A stretch of 64,000 nucleotides of DNA from an uncultured Phaeodactylibacter sp. (GCA_964418125.1 CAYQKY010000005.1:42130-106129); one strand, 5' to 3'. Shown: positions 9,897 through 19,570, counted from the first letter of the stretch. Made by a program: numbers and translations. Notes: generated by a model from the sequence alone, not told the origin.

Positions 9897-10646
9897 ATGA
9901 AAACCATAGGTATCATCCCTGCTCGTTTTGCCTCTTCCCGCTTTCCGGGAAAGCCCCTGGTGGAAATTGCCGGAAAAACGGTCATCCGGCGGGTTTATGA
10001 ACAGGCACAGCAGGCCCGCCGCCTGGATGGAGTTGTTGTGGCCACTGATGACGCGCGCATTTACGAGCACGTCGAAAGTTTTGGGGGCAATGTGGTGATG
10101 ACGGGCGCCCACCATCGTAGTGGCACCGAGCGTTGTGCTGAAGCTGCCGCCCGCCTGCACGATGCCGATGCCATCATCAATATTCAGGGAGACGAGCCGT
10201 TTATCGCTCCGGAGCAGATCGACCTGGTGGCTGAGCCGCTGGCCCGGCGGGATTCCGTGCAGATCAGTACCCTGGCCAAACGAATTGAAAAGGCGGAAGA
10301 ACTCCACAACCCCAACGTGGTGAAAGTGGTTTTTAACCGCCGGCAGTCGGCCATGTACTTCAGCCGCAGTACCATTCCCTACCTTCGGGATGTGCCGCCC
10401 GGCGAATGGCTGGCCAAAGCGGAACACTATAAGCACATCGGCCTGTACGGCTTCCGCAGGGAGGTGTTGCTGGAACTGGCAGATTTGCCTCCTTCCCATT
10501 ATGAGCGCTGGGAATCTCTGGAGCAACTCCGCTGGCTGTACGAAGGTTTTTCCATTTTTGTGAACCTGACCGAAGAAGAGACCATTGGTATAGATACGCC
10601 GGAAGACCTCGCGCGCGCCATGGCCACAATAAAACCGGAAAGATGA
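9897..10646 (+). CDS. kdsB: 3-deoxy-manno-octulosonate cytidylyltransferase (CMP-KDO synthetase)
   Basis: MKTIGIIPARFASSRFPGKPL, VVVATDD and NIQGDEP are present. The internal ATG at 9897 is preferred over the track start at 9837. The stop overlaps the next start as ATGA. Confidence 0.9.
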   Translation: MKTIGIIPARFASSRFPGKPLVEIAGKTVIRRVYEQAQQARRLDGVVVATDDARIYEHVESFGGNVVMTGAHHRSGTERCAEAAARLHDADAIINIQGDEPFIAPEQIDLVAEPLARRDSVQISTLAKRIEKAEELHNPNVVKVVFNRRQSAMYFSRSTIPYLRDVPPGEWLAKAEHYKHIGLYGFRREVLLELADLPPSHYERWESLEQLRWLYEGFSIFVNLTEEETIGIDTPEDLARAMATIKPER

Positions 10647-11179
10647 ATTTTTGCAGCCATTGCGGGTCGGATCAGCTGGAGTTCCGGGTTCCGGAAGGAG
10701 ACAACCGGCCCCGGCACGTGTGTTCAAATTGTGGCGTCATCCATTATTCCAACCCCAAGATCGTCACCGGCTGCCTGCCGATATGGGAGCATAAGGTGCT
10801 GCTGGCCCGCCGCGCCATCGAGCCGCGCAAGGGCTACTGGAACGTCCCGAGCGGATATATGGAGAACGGGGAGACAGTAGAACAGGGCGCCGCCCGGGAA
10901 GTATGGGAGGAAACCCTGGCAAAAGTGCAGGAGCTTCGCCTCCATACCGTTTTCAGCATTCCCCACATCAACCAGGTCTACATCCATTTTCTGGCCGAGC
11001 TCAATGATCCGGATTTCGGGGTGGGAGAGGAGTCGCTCGACGTACGCCTCTTTGCCGAAGAGGAAATTCCCTGGAAGGAGATTGCCTTCACTTCCTCTGT
11101 GTTTACCCTGGAGCGATTCTTTGCAGACCGGCGCGAAGGGCGGCAGGAGGTGCATATGGGGGTGATGGAGTGGGGGTGA
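10643..11179 (+). CDS. NUDIX hydrolase with an N-terminal zinc ribbon
   Basis: CSHCG...CSNCG form a Cys4 ribbon. Nudix box GYMENGETVEQGAAREVWEET. A 4-nt ATGA overlap with kdsB suggests translational coupling. Confidence 0.8.
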   Translation: MNFCSHCGSDQLEFRVPEGDNRPRHVCSNCGVIHYSNPKIVTGCLPIWEHKVLLARRAIEPRKGYWNVPSGYMENGETVEQGAAREVWEETLAKVQELRLHTVFSIPHINQVYIHFLAELNDPDFGVGEESLDVRLFAEEEIPWKEIAFTSSVFTLERFFADRREGRQEVHMGVMEWG

Positions 11180-11296
11180 GGGTGCAGGGAGAAAGTGGTG
11201 TAAAAAATAGCCTGCCAATCAAATTCCAATTGGCCACTTCTCATCGGGTGGGGCGGTTCTTCAATTGACCGATATCCGCAATATGAAAGCCCTCCA

Positions 11297-11779
11297 TCAC
11301 AAAAACCCCCCATGAAACCCCATCGGCAACAATGCCTTACCCGACTCCAGCATATAGATCTCCCCTTCTGACCCCTGTAAAATAATCACCATGTTTCCCC
11401 CCTGCCGGTCCTCTGTCTCACTGATGGCCTGCCGGCAGGCGCCGCAGGGCGAGACCGGCTGGGCGATCACCTTTTTGTCGCTGTGCACCGTCACCGCCAT
11501 GGCGCGGACGGTAACTTCCGGGTGCTGCATGGCGGCGTTGCCCAGGGCCGTCCGCTCGGCGCAGATGCACATGGAGTAGGCGGCGTTCTCCTGATTGGCG
11601 CCCTGAACGATCGCCCCGTTGTTCATCAGCACGGCCGCCCCTACCCGGAAGTTGGAATACGGAGCGTAGGCCTTATCTCTGGCGGCCCGGGCGCTGTCCA
11701 GCAACTTCTGGTATTCGGCGGGAAGTTCTTTTGTCGACTCGTAGACTTTAATTTTTGTGCTGATCGTTATTTCTTTCAT
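11297..11779 (-). CDS. cdd: Cytidine deaminase
   Basis: Zinc-binding motifs CAERTAL and PCGACRQ are present. At 160 aa it fits the homotetrameric Cdd class. Confidence 0.85.
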   Translation of the reverse strand: MKEITISTKIKVYESTKELPAEYQKLLDSARAARDKAYAPYSNFRVGAAVLMNNGAIVQGANQENAAYSMCICAERTALGNAAMQHPEVTVRAMAVTVHSDKKVIAQPVSPCGACRQAISETEDRQGGNMVIILQGSEGEIYMLESGKALLPMGFHGGFL

Positions 11780-11887
11780 CGCTTTACCTGAAGTGAATAA
11801 AACACTATATTGCGCCCGTTCGTATAAGAGGCTCTTGCATTTATACAGAACAGGAAAATTACCTCATTGTTAAGACAAAACCAACTT

Positions 11888-13222
11888 ATGAACAGCATAT
11901 TGATTATCGGCGCGGGGCGTTCGGCTACTGCATGTATCAGATATGTGCTGGATAAAGCCAGGGAACGCAACTGGTTCGTCACCGTTGCCGATGCCGACCC
12001 GAAACTGGCGGAGGCCAAAGTCGCCGGCCACCCCAATGGCCGGGGAGCCTGGCTGGACGTACACAAGGCAAATGACCGGCGCGACCTGATCGGCAGGGCA
12101 GACGTGGTCGTTTCCCTTCTTCCCGCCCACCTTCACCTGGAAGTAGCGCACGATTGCATTAAGCTGAAGAAGCACCTCATTACGGCCTCTTACGTTTCCC
12201 AGGAAATGTACCGGCTGGGCGATGAGGCGCGCGACCGGGAGTTGATCTTCATGGGAGAAATGGGCCTGGACCCCGGCATCGACCACATGTCGGCCATGCG
12301 CCAGATCGCCCGGATCAAAAAAGACGGAGGCAAGATCACTGCCTTCCGCTCTTACACCGGTGGCCTGATCGCTCCGGAAAGCGATGATAACCCATGGAAC
12401 TATAAGTTCACCTGGAATCCCCGCAATGTGGTGCTTTCCGGGCAGGGGACAGCCCAGTACCTGGAAGGGGGAAAGTTCAAGTTTATCCCCTACAACCGCC
12501 TCTTCGAAGAACACCGTACTATTGACGTTCCGGGGTATGGAGAATATGAAGCCTACGCCAACCGGGACAGCCTGCTTTACCGGGAAGTATACGGGCTGGC
12601 GGGTATTCCCAACATTCTGAGGGGCACCATCCGCACTAAAGGTTTCTGTGATGCCTGGAATGCCCTGGTCCGGATCGGCCTGACGGACGGAGGGTATCCC
12701 ATCGTGGATTCGGGAAAACTTACCTACCACGAACTGCTGGAAGGTTATCTCAGCCCAGATGACAATTCGGGTTCAGTAAAAGACCGCATTGCCAGGCTGA
12801 TCGGAGAAGAGCCCGATTCCGTTGTGATGAAAAAACTGGAATGGCTGGGCCTGTTCCGGAAGAAGAAGATCCGGGTGCCGAATGCCACCCCGGCCCTTAT
12901 CCTGGAAAACCTGCTGCTCGACAAATGGAAGCTCAGGCCCGAGGACAAGGACATGATCATCATGCAACACGAATTTGAATATGAGCTGGACGGAAAGCAG
13001 AAAGAAACTGTTTCCACCCTGGTTATGAAAGGGGAGGATGCGCAGAGTACGGCAATGTCGAAGCTGGTGGGCCTGCCTCTGGGTATTTTTGTCAAACTGG
13101 TTATGGAAGGAAAGATCACCTCTACCGGAGTCAACATCCCGGTAATGCCCGAAGTGTATGAACCTGTGCTCGACGAACTGGAAGAATACGGGGTCGTATT
13201 TTCGGAGCACGAAAAAGTATAG
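11888..13222 (+). CDS. Saccharopine dehydrogenase-family NAD(P)-dependent oxidoreductase
   Basis: MNSILIIGAGRSA is a Rossmann GxGxxA motif. MGLDPGIDHM is the family signature. About 444 aa. The ATG at 11888 is preferred over the track start at 11867. Confidence 0.75.
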   Translation: MNSILIIGAGRSATACIRYVLDKARERNWFVTVADADPKLAEAKVAGHPNGRGAWLDVHKANDRRDLIGRADVVVSLLPAHLHLEVAHDCIKLKKHLITASYVSQEMYRLGDEARDRELIFMGEMGLDPGIDHMSAMRQIARIKKDGGKITAFRSYTGGLIAPESDDNPWNYKFTWNPRNVVLSGQGTAQYLEGGKFKFIPYNRLFEEHRTIDVPGYGEYEAYANRDSLLYREVYGLAGIPNILRGTIRTKGFCDAWNALVRIGLTDGGYPIVDSGKLTYHELLEGYLSPDDNSGSVKDRIARLIGEEPDSVVMKKLEWLGLFRKKKIRVPNATPALILENLLLDKWKLRPEDKDMIIMQHEFEYELDGKQKETVSTLVMKGEDAQSTAMSKLVGLPLGIFVKLVMEGKITSTGVNIPVMPEVYEPVLDELEEYGVVFSEHEKV

Positions 13223-13369
13223 GCTAAACTGAAGATCCTTCAACCTCTTTACAGCAGCAATATCCGGGCGCTGCAGGCATTCAACCTGCTGCGGCAGGGT
13301 GTAACCATCCTCATTGCCATTTTACTGGCAAAGAGCCCGCTGTCCACTACCGAGATCGGCATCTACGAG

Positions 13370-14542
13370 ATGCTTCAATACATCGGCTTCACGTTGTCGG
13401 CTTTCTGGGTGACGGGGCTGATGCAAGCCTTTCTTGCCAGCTATCCGCAGTTGCCGGAGGAAGAGCGCGCGGGATTTTTATTCAATGCGTATTTGTTTTT
13501 TCTGGTGTCCAGTTCGGCAGTGCTGGCCCTGATGCTGGGGGCAAAAGAAAGCGTCCTGCTGGTGCTTACCGGCCAGCCGGAACTGCCCTACTATGAACTT
13601 TTTGCCGTTTTTCTCTGGCTCAATGTGCCGACGTACCTGGTAGAGAATTTCTACCTCGTGTTGCGCCGTCCAAAGGCGATCCTGAATTTCGGTTTTTTTG
13701 CATTCGGCCTTCAGGCTCTGGCAGTACTGGCCCCGGTTTTTTTGGGGTTCGGTTTGTTATGGAGCTTTTATCTGCTAATTGCCCTGGGAATTCTGAAATA
13801 TGTATGGCTTTTCTTTTTGCTGGTGCGCCGGAGCGCCTTTCAGGTCAATATCAACATGGCATTTCAATGGGCCTCGTTGTCCGTCCCGCTTATACTTTAC
13901 GCGCTGATGGGTAGTTTCAACCAGTCTTTTGACAACTGGCTGGTAAACTTCCACTATCAGGGCGATGAACAGGTGTTCGCCATTTTCCGGTACGGCTCCC
14001 GGGAGCTTCCCCTGGCTCTTGCCCTTACGAATGCCTTCGGTACAGCTATGCTTCCCGAGGTAGCGAATAACCTGGAGGCTTCCCTCAGGGCCATCCGGAA
14101 AAAATCCCTGAAGTTGTTCCACCTGTTATTCCCGCTGTCCATTTTGATGGTGCTCACCAGTGAATGGCTGTTCCCGCTGGTGTTCAATGAAGACTTTCAC
14201 GCCAGCGCCCTCATCTTCAATATCTTTTTGTTGGTGACGGCCAGCCGGCTTGTCTTTTCCCGCACCATTCTGGTGGGGCTGAATGCCAACCGCATGATCT
14301 TTTATTTTTCCGTTCTCGAGTTGGCTTTCAACATAGTGCTTAGCTTCGCATTGGTTTCTTTTCTGGGGTTGGCGGGCATAGCTGTGGGAACGGTAGCGGC
14401 TTACGCACTGGAAAAAGTCCTGCTTTGTTGGTATTTGTACCGCAAATTTGGCATCGGCATCGGCAGGTATACCGATATGCGTTGGTATCTGCTCTATTCC
14501 TCCCTGATGGTTTTAGCTTTTTTGACGGCGTTGTTTTTCTAA
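13370..14542 (+). CDS. Polytopic membrane protein, MOP/Wzx-like polysaccharide flippase family (start uncertain, see findings)
   Basis: About 10-12 hydrophobic helices across 390 aa. The frame is also open from 13223 and encodes another TM-like helix with no ATG, GTG or TTG. Confidence 0.55.
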   Translation: MLQYIGFTLSAFWVTGLMQAFLASYPQLPEEERAGFLFNAYLFFLVSSSAVLALMLGAKESVLLVLTGQPELPYYELFAVFLWLNVPTYLVENFYLVLRRPKAILNFGFFAFGLQALAVLAPVFLGFGLLWSFYLLIALGILKYVWLFFLLVRRSAFQVNINMAFQWASLSVPLILYALMGSFNQSFDNWLVNFHYQGDEQVFAIFRYGSRELPLALALTNAFGTAMLPEVANNLEASLRAIRKKSLKLFHLLFPLSILMVLTSEWLFPLVFNEDFHASALIFNIFLLVTASRLVFSRTILVGLNANRMIFYFSVLELAFNIVLSFALVSFLGLAGIAVGTVAAYALEKVLLCWYLYRKFGIGIGRYTDMRWYLLYSSLMVLAFLTALFF

Positions 14543-14553
14543 AAAACTGGCTT

Positions 14554-15384
14554 ATGATCCAATACCGGACACCGGACATCACGGTTTTTGAGAGTGCGAT
14601 GTACCGCACCACCTGTACGGTTATCCAGACAGAAGGCATTGTGCTGGTTGTGGACCCCAACTGGTTGCCCGCAGAAGTTTACCGCATTCGTCAATTCGTG
14701 CGGGATATTCGTGCGGGCCGGCCCCTGTATCTGCTCTTTACGCATTCCGACTACGACCATATCCTGGGGTGGCAGGCCTTTCCCGGAGCCAGGGTGATCG
14801 CTTCTTCCGCCTTCATCGACAATCCGGAGAAGGAAAAGTGTGTGGAGCAGGCCCGGCAGTTTGATGAGGAGCATTACATCCGCCGGGATTATAACCTGGC
14901 GTATCCTGTTGCAGATATCGAGGTGTCTGAAGATGAGCAGGTTGTCGAATTGGAGAAAACCCGCTTGCGGTTCTTCATGGCGCCCGGCCATACGGCAGAC
15001 GGGCTGTTCACGCTAGTGGAGAACACGGGCGCCTGGATAGCCGGCGACTACCTCAGCAATATCGAGTTTCCATTCATTTACGATAGCAGCCGAGCCTATG
15101 AGCAGACGTTGCAGAAGGCGCTGGGCATTATTCGGGAGTATGAGCCGGCTCTGCTCATTCCCGGGCATGGAGATGTTACTGCTTCCCGGGCGGAAATGCT
15201 GCGGCGGTATAACGAATCGCTTGAGTATATCTACAATCTCCGGCTCTCCATTCAGTCCGGGGAGCCCTTCCCTGAGGAGGCGCTTTGGAAACGCTACGGA
15301 AACGAGCGGGGGCTGGCCGGGCCGCACCGGGAGAATATGGATTTTGAAAGGAAGGAGTTGATCCGCCAGGAGAGCAAACCCTGA
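14554..15384 (+). CDS. MBL-fold metallo-hydrolase
   Basis: THSDYDH is a HxHxDH-type metal motif variant, with a later PGHG. The ATG at 14554 (MIQYRTPD...) is preferred because the track start at 14425 overlaps the preceding gene. Confidence 0.7.
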   Translation: MIQYRTPDITVFESAMYRTTCTVIQTEGIVLVVDPNWLPAEVYRIRQFVRDIRAGRPLYLLFTHSDYDHILGWQAFPGARVIASSAFIDNPEKEKCVEQARQFDEEHYIRRDYNLAYPVADIEVSEDEQVVELEKTRLRFFMAPGHTADGLFTLVENTGAWIAGDYLSNIEFPFIYDSSRAYEQTLQKALGIIREYEPALLIPGHGDVTASRAEMLRRYNESLEYIYNLRLSIQSGEPFPEEALWKRYGNERGLAGPHRENMDFERKELIRQESKP

Positions 15385-15483
15385 ACCCGCCAGGTTGAAA
15401 TGTGTTATATCGAAAGCTGAAGCGATATAAAATGGGGCTCTCGAATTTTTGAGCGCCAATCCCTACAACCGCTTTAAAATAAC

Positions 15484-15491
15484 TACATTTG
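15484..15491 (+). promoter_or_regulatory. Bacteroidota -7 promoter box (TAnnTTTG) upstream of the CANSDH gene
   Basis: TACATTTG lies about 39 nt upstream of the ATG at 15530. Confidence 0.4.
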
Positions 15492-15529
15492 CGTGAAATT
15501 TTGCATGAACCAAAACGCTAACTTCCATT

Positions 15530-16738
15530 ATGTCAAAAGTCCTGATCATTGGCGCCGGGGGGGTAGGGCGGGTCGTTACCTACAAATGTGCCCAGCACCC
15601 CGAAATATTTTCCGAGATCGTACTGGCCAGCCGTACCCAGTCCAAATGCGATGATATCGTGGCTGACGTCAGCCGCGATACTGGCCATCCCAAAATGCTG
15701 ACGGCAAAGGTGGATGCGGACAATGTGCCGGAACTGGTTCAGCTGATCCGCAAATACCAGCCGGAGATGGTCATCCATGTGGCCTTGCCCTATCAGGACC
15801 TTACCATCATGGACGCCTGCCTGGAAACGGGCGTTCACTATCTCGATACGGCTAACTACGAGCCGAAAGAAGAAGCCAAGTTCGAATACAGCTGGCAATG
15901 GGCCTATCAGGATAAATTTAAAGAAAAAGGCCTGCTGGCCGTCCTGGGCTGCGGTTTCGACCCGGGGGTGACCAGCATCTTCACTGCCCGCGCTGCCAAG
16001 CACCACTTCGATGAGATCCACTACCTGGATATCGTCGATTGCAACGCAGGCGACCATGGCAAGGCTTTCGCCACCAACTTCAATCCGGAGATCAATATCC
16101 GGGAGATTACCCAGAAAGGAAAGTATTACGAGAATGGTAAATGGGTGGAAACAGAACCCCACGAGATCAGCAAAATGCTGACCTATCCGGACATTGGCCC
16201 GAAGAAGTCCTACCTCATCTACCACGAAGAGCTGGAATCCCTGGTTAAAAATTTCCCAACCCTCAAACGCGCCCGCTTCTGGATGACCTTTGGTGATGAA
16301 TACCTTACCCACCTGCGGGTGATCCAGAATATTGGAATGTCCCGCATTGACCCGGTCAAATACAAGGGCGTGGACATCGTTCCGCTGGAATTCCTAAAGG
16401 CGGTCCTGCCCGACCCGGGCGAACTGGGAGAGAACTATACCGGGCAGACCTCTATAGGTTGCCGTATCCGCGGCGTCAAAGACGGGAAGGAACGCACCTA
16501 TTACATCTGGAATAACTGCAGCCATGAGGCGGCTTATAAAGAGACCGGTGCACAGGGTGTTTCTTACACTACCGGCGTGCCGGCCACCCTGGGCGCTATG
16601 ATGATGCTCACAGGCAAATGGGCCGGAAAAGGGGTCTTCAATGTGGAAGAGTTCGACCCGGACCCCTTCCTCGATCAGCTCGGGCCGATGGGCCTGCCCT
16701 GGGAGGAGCAATTTGATGTAGGCCTGGAGGTGGATTGA
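15530..16738 (+). CDS. Carboxynorspermidine synthase/dehydrogenase (saccharopine dehydrogenase family)
   Basis: MSKVLIIGAGGVGRVV is a Rossmann motif and GCGFDPGVTS is present. About 400 aa. It is paired with a carboxynorspermidine decarboxylase gene. Confidence 0.8.
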   Translation: MSKVLIIGAGGVGRVVTYKCAQHPEIFSEIVLASRTQSKCDDIVADVSRDTGHPKMLTAKVDADNVPELVQLIRKYQPEMVIHVALPYQDLTIMDACLETGVHYLDTANYEPKEEAKFEYSWQWAYQDKFKEKGLLAVLGCGFDPGVTSIFTARAAKHHFDEIHYLDIVDCNAGDHGKAFATNFNPEINIREITQKGKYYENGKWVETEPHEISKMLTYPDIGPKKSYLIYHEELESLVKNFPTLKRARFWMTFGDEYLTHLRVIQNIGMSRIDPVKYKGVDIVPLEFLKAVLPDPGELGENYTGQTSIGCRIRGVKDGKERTYYIWNNCSHEAAYKETGAQGVSYTTGVPATLGAMMMLTGKWAGKGVFNVEEFDPDPFLDQLGPMGLPWEEQFDVGLEVD

Positions 16739-16756
16739 AAAAAGGGTTGCTTAAAA

Positions 16757-16834
16757 GTGTAAACGTGTAAATGAAGGGAGGCAGCTATCCGGCTCCACAT
16801 TTACACATTTACACCCTTACACATTTACACACAG
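16757..16834. repeat. GTGTAAA / TTTACAC heptamer hairpin between CANSDH and nspC
   Basis: GTGTAAACGTGTAAATG (16757-16773) pairs with CATTTACACATTTACAC (16798-16814), giving 17 bp with one mismatch. Further ACATTTACAC copies run to 16834. Confidence 0.75.
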
Positions 16835-16837
16835 ACA

Positions 16838-17974
16838 ATGGTCGATTATTCCAAGATACCTTCCCCTGCCTTCGTGCTGGAGGAGAAATTGCTCCGGCAG
16901 AACCTGGAGCTGATCCGGGGCGTGCAGGAACGGGCCGGCGTTTCTATAATACTGGCGCTGAAGGGATTTGCCATGTGGAAGGTATTTCCCATAGTTGCGG
17001 AGTACCTGAAAGGGGCTACCGCCAGTTCTCTGCATGAAGCCAGGTTGATCTTCGAGGAGATGGGCGTTCGCGCCCACACCTATTCTCCGGCATACCTTCC
17101 CTCGGAGTTCGAGGAGATCATGCGGTACAGCAGCCACATAACCTTTAATTCACTGGCGCAATACGATCGGTATAAAAATCTGCTGGCCGGCGCCTCGCAT
17201 AAGATATCGCCTGGCCTGCGCGTCAACCCCGAATATTCAGAAGTCGAAGTGGATCTGTACAATCCTGCCGCCAAAGGCTCCCGCCTGGGGGAAGCGCCGG
17301 ACAACCTCGGCGGCACATTGCCGGAAGGGATTGAAGGACTTCATTTTCACACCCTCTGCGAGTCCTCCTCCTACGACCTGGAGAAGGTGCTGGCGGCTTT
17401 CGAGAAACATTTCGGCCGCTTCTTTTCCCAGTTGAAATGGGTTAACTTTGGCGGAGGCCACCTGATGACCCGAAAGGGGTACGATATTGAACACCTCGTC
17501 GGCCTGCTGAATGCCTTCCGGGAGAAATATGGCCTGGAAGTCATCCTCGAACCTGGCAGCGCCATAGCCTGGGAAACCGGGGGCCTGGTGTCCACCGTTC
17601 TCGACATTACCGATAACCGGGGCGTAAAAACGGCCATCGTTGATGTATCCTTCACCGCCCACATGCCGGATACCCTGGAGATGCCGTACCGTCCCCGCAT
17701 CCTTGGCGCTACGGATGCCCAACCCGGAAAACCTGCTTACCGCATCGGCGGCGTCAGTTGCCTGGCCGGCGATTATATGGAAGCTTATTCTTTCGGCCGG
17801 GAACTGCAGGTGGGGGATCAGCTTGTTTTCAGGGATATGATCCATTACACCATGGTAAAAACAACTACCTTCAACGGCGTTAAGCACCCCAGCATCTGCA
17901 TCTGGCGGGAGGACGATACGCTGGAGGTGGTGCGGGAATTCGGGTATGAAGATTTTAAAGGGCGGCTGTCCTGA
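16838..17974 (+). CDS. nspC: Carboxynorspermidine/carboxyspermidine decarboxylase
   Basis: The N-terminus IPSPAFVLEEKLLRQNLELI and the PLP-fold alanine-racemase-like barrel (LKGFAMW, FGGGH, EPGSA) are present. 378 aa. Confidence 0.85.
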   Translation: MVDYSKIPSPAFVLEEKLLRQNLELIRGVQERAGVSIILALKGFAMWKVFPIVAEYLKGATASSLHEARLIFEEMGVRAHTYSPAYLPSEFEEIMRYSSHITFNSLAQYDRYKNLLAGASHKISPGLRVNPEYSEVEVDLYNPAAKGSRLGEAPDNLGGTLPEGIEGLHFHTLCESSSYDLEKVLAAFEKHFGRFFSQLKWVNFGGGHLMTRKGYDIEHLVGLLNAFREKYGLEVILEPGSAIAWETGGLVSTVLDITDNRGVKTAIVDVSFTAHMPDTLEMPYRPRILGATDAQPGKPAYRIGGVSCLAGDYMEAYSFGRELQVGDQLVFRDMIHYTMVKTTTFNGVKHPSICIWREDDTLEVVREFGYEDFKGRLS

Positions 17975-18047
17975 TCGGCGCCGCGGCCACCTTGATCGTT
18001 CGGCATTAAAACGTGATTAATGAAATGCGAATAAACGCCGAATCTCC

Positions 18048-18893
18048 TTGACCGTTCACCAGGCATACCAACAACTTCTTGCTGCCCTGGAGCCTCTCTA
18101 CGGCTCCGGCGAGGCTCGTAGTATCGCCCGTATTGTGTTTGAAGATGCATTTGGCATCCATAACTTCGGCCGCAAAGATGCCCTCTTTCCTGAACAACAA
18201 ACCCGCCTTCACTCTATCACTACCCGCCTGCTGGCCTACGAGCCCGTGCAGTATATCCTGGGCACGGCCGATTTTTACGGCCTCAAATTCAAGGTAGATC
18301 CACGTGTACTGATCCCCCGCCCGGAGACGGAAGAACTGGTGCTTTGGATGCTGGAAACCCTGGAAAAAAAAACGCTGAGGGTATTGGACATCGGAACCGG
18401 CAGCGGCTGTATCCCCATTACCCTGAAACACCACCGCCCGGAATGGGAAATGTGGGCGGTGGATATCAGCCGGGAGGCCCTGGAACTGGCCCGGGAAAAC
18501 GCCCGCATGAATGGGGTGGAGGTGTCTTTTCTGGAACTGGATATTCTGGATGAAAAACAGTGGCCGAGGCTCGGCCAATTTGATGCCATTGTAAGCAACC
18601 CACCCTATATTCCGGAACGGGAGGCTTTTATGATGCCGGATAATGTCAGAGGGTTCGAGCCTCACAGAGCTCTTTTTGTTGGTAATGAGGACCCTCTGAT
18701 TTTTTACCGGGAAATTACTTCTTTTGCCATCGGCCATCTGCCGCCCGGCGGTTGGTTATTCTTTGAAGCTAATGAATTCAATGCAGATAAGTTGGTTAAA
18801 GTACTTGAAAACCAGCAGTATAAGGATGTTGAGTTAAAGAAAGACTTGAGCAACAAAGAACGAATGGCTCGGGCCAGGAAGAGGCTTTTCTAA
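18048..18893 (+). CDS. prmC: Release-factor glutamine N5-methyltransferase (HemK/PrmC)
   Basis: The SAM motif VLDIGTGSGCI and the catalytic IVSNPPYI are present. The start at 18048 is a TTG and is not certain. Confidence 0.85.
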   Translation: MTVHQAYQQLLAALEPLYGSGEARSIARIVFEDAFGIHNFGRKDALFPEQQTRLHSITTRLLAYEPVQYILGTADFYGLKFKVDPRVLIPRPETEELVLWMLETLEKKTLRVLDIGTGSGCIPITLKHHRPEWEMWAVDISREALELARENARMNGVEVSFLELDILDEKQWPRLGQFDAIVSNPPYIPEREAFMMPDNVRGFEPHRALFVGNEDPLIFYREITSFAIGHLPPGGWLFFEANEFNADKLVKVLENQQYKDVELKKDLSNKERMARARKRLF

Positions 18894-19570
18894 CCGAAAA
18901 ACGATTCCACCAACTCCACCAATACTCCATTCAGCCGTTCAATAGCCAGCGGGACATTCCAATTTTCACGGTTTCTTGCTTCCACGTAATTGGATATTGC
19001 CCTGATCTCCACGAAAGGAATGCCTTCCATCAGGCAGGCGTAGAAAAAAGCGGCGCCTTCCATGCTTTCCACCTCCACCTCTGGGTATTTTGACCGGACG
19101 GCCTCGATGTCGGGCAGGTATCCGTGGACTTTATTGACGCTGGCCCCGTGGGCGGAGGGAAGGAAACCGAACTGTCCGGCTGCTTTATTGACGAGTTTTC
19201 CATCTGAAAAGGGGCCTTCGTTGCCATCGATCAGCCCAAGTTCATGGACATCAGTGAACCTGTTGTCGGCTTCCTGTACGCCCAGGTCGGCAAAACGCTC
19301 GCTGGCTACTTGTACCACATCGCCGATCCGGAGTTTCCGGTTGAAGGCGCCGGCGATGCCGGCATTGACGGCCAGGTTGGTTTCTTTGCTTCCCAGTATT
19401 TTTCCCATGCCGTAAGCTGTCAGAGGCATACCTACGCCGGTAATCAGTACGGAAACCTCCACGGCGCCCTTCTGGAAGGTGAAATGTCCGCTGGGAACGA
19501 ACTTTTTATTTAGGTATTCCAGGAAGGGTTGTATTTCGAACGATGTGGCGGAGACGATCAGGAGGTTCAT
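18890..19570 (-). CDS. mqnB: Futalosine hydrolase-like nucleosidase (PNP/UDP phosphorylase fold)
   Basis: MNLLIVSATSFEIQPF..., GVGMPLTAY and ESMEGAAF are typical of MTA/SAH-nucleosidase-like MqnB proteins. 226 aa. Confidence 0.6.
   Translation of the reverse strand: MNLLIVSATSFEIQPFLEYLNKKFVPSGHFTFQKGAVEVSVLITGVGMPLTAYGMGKILGSKETNLAVNAGIAGAFNRKLRIGDVVQVASERFADLGVQEADNRFTDVHELGLIDGNEGPFSDGKLVNKAAGQFGFLPSAHGASVNKVHGYLPDIEAVRSKYPEVEVESMEGAAFFYACLMEGIPFVEIRAISNYVEARNRENWNVPLAIERLNGVLVELVESFFG

Noticed and set aside
14425-14553. Upstream extension of the MBL hydrolase ORF (track start 14425)
   Set aside because: The extension overlaps the 3' end of the flippase-like gene in another frame and is hydrophobic nonsense. 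The ATG at 14554 follows the upstream stop by 11 nt and begins a sensible N-terminus.
18890-18893. 4-nt overlap of the convergent prmC and mqnB stop codons as a regulatory feature
   Set aside because: Overlapping convergent stops are common in compact genomes. Nothing else here suggests function.
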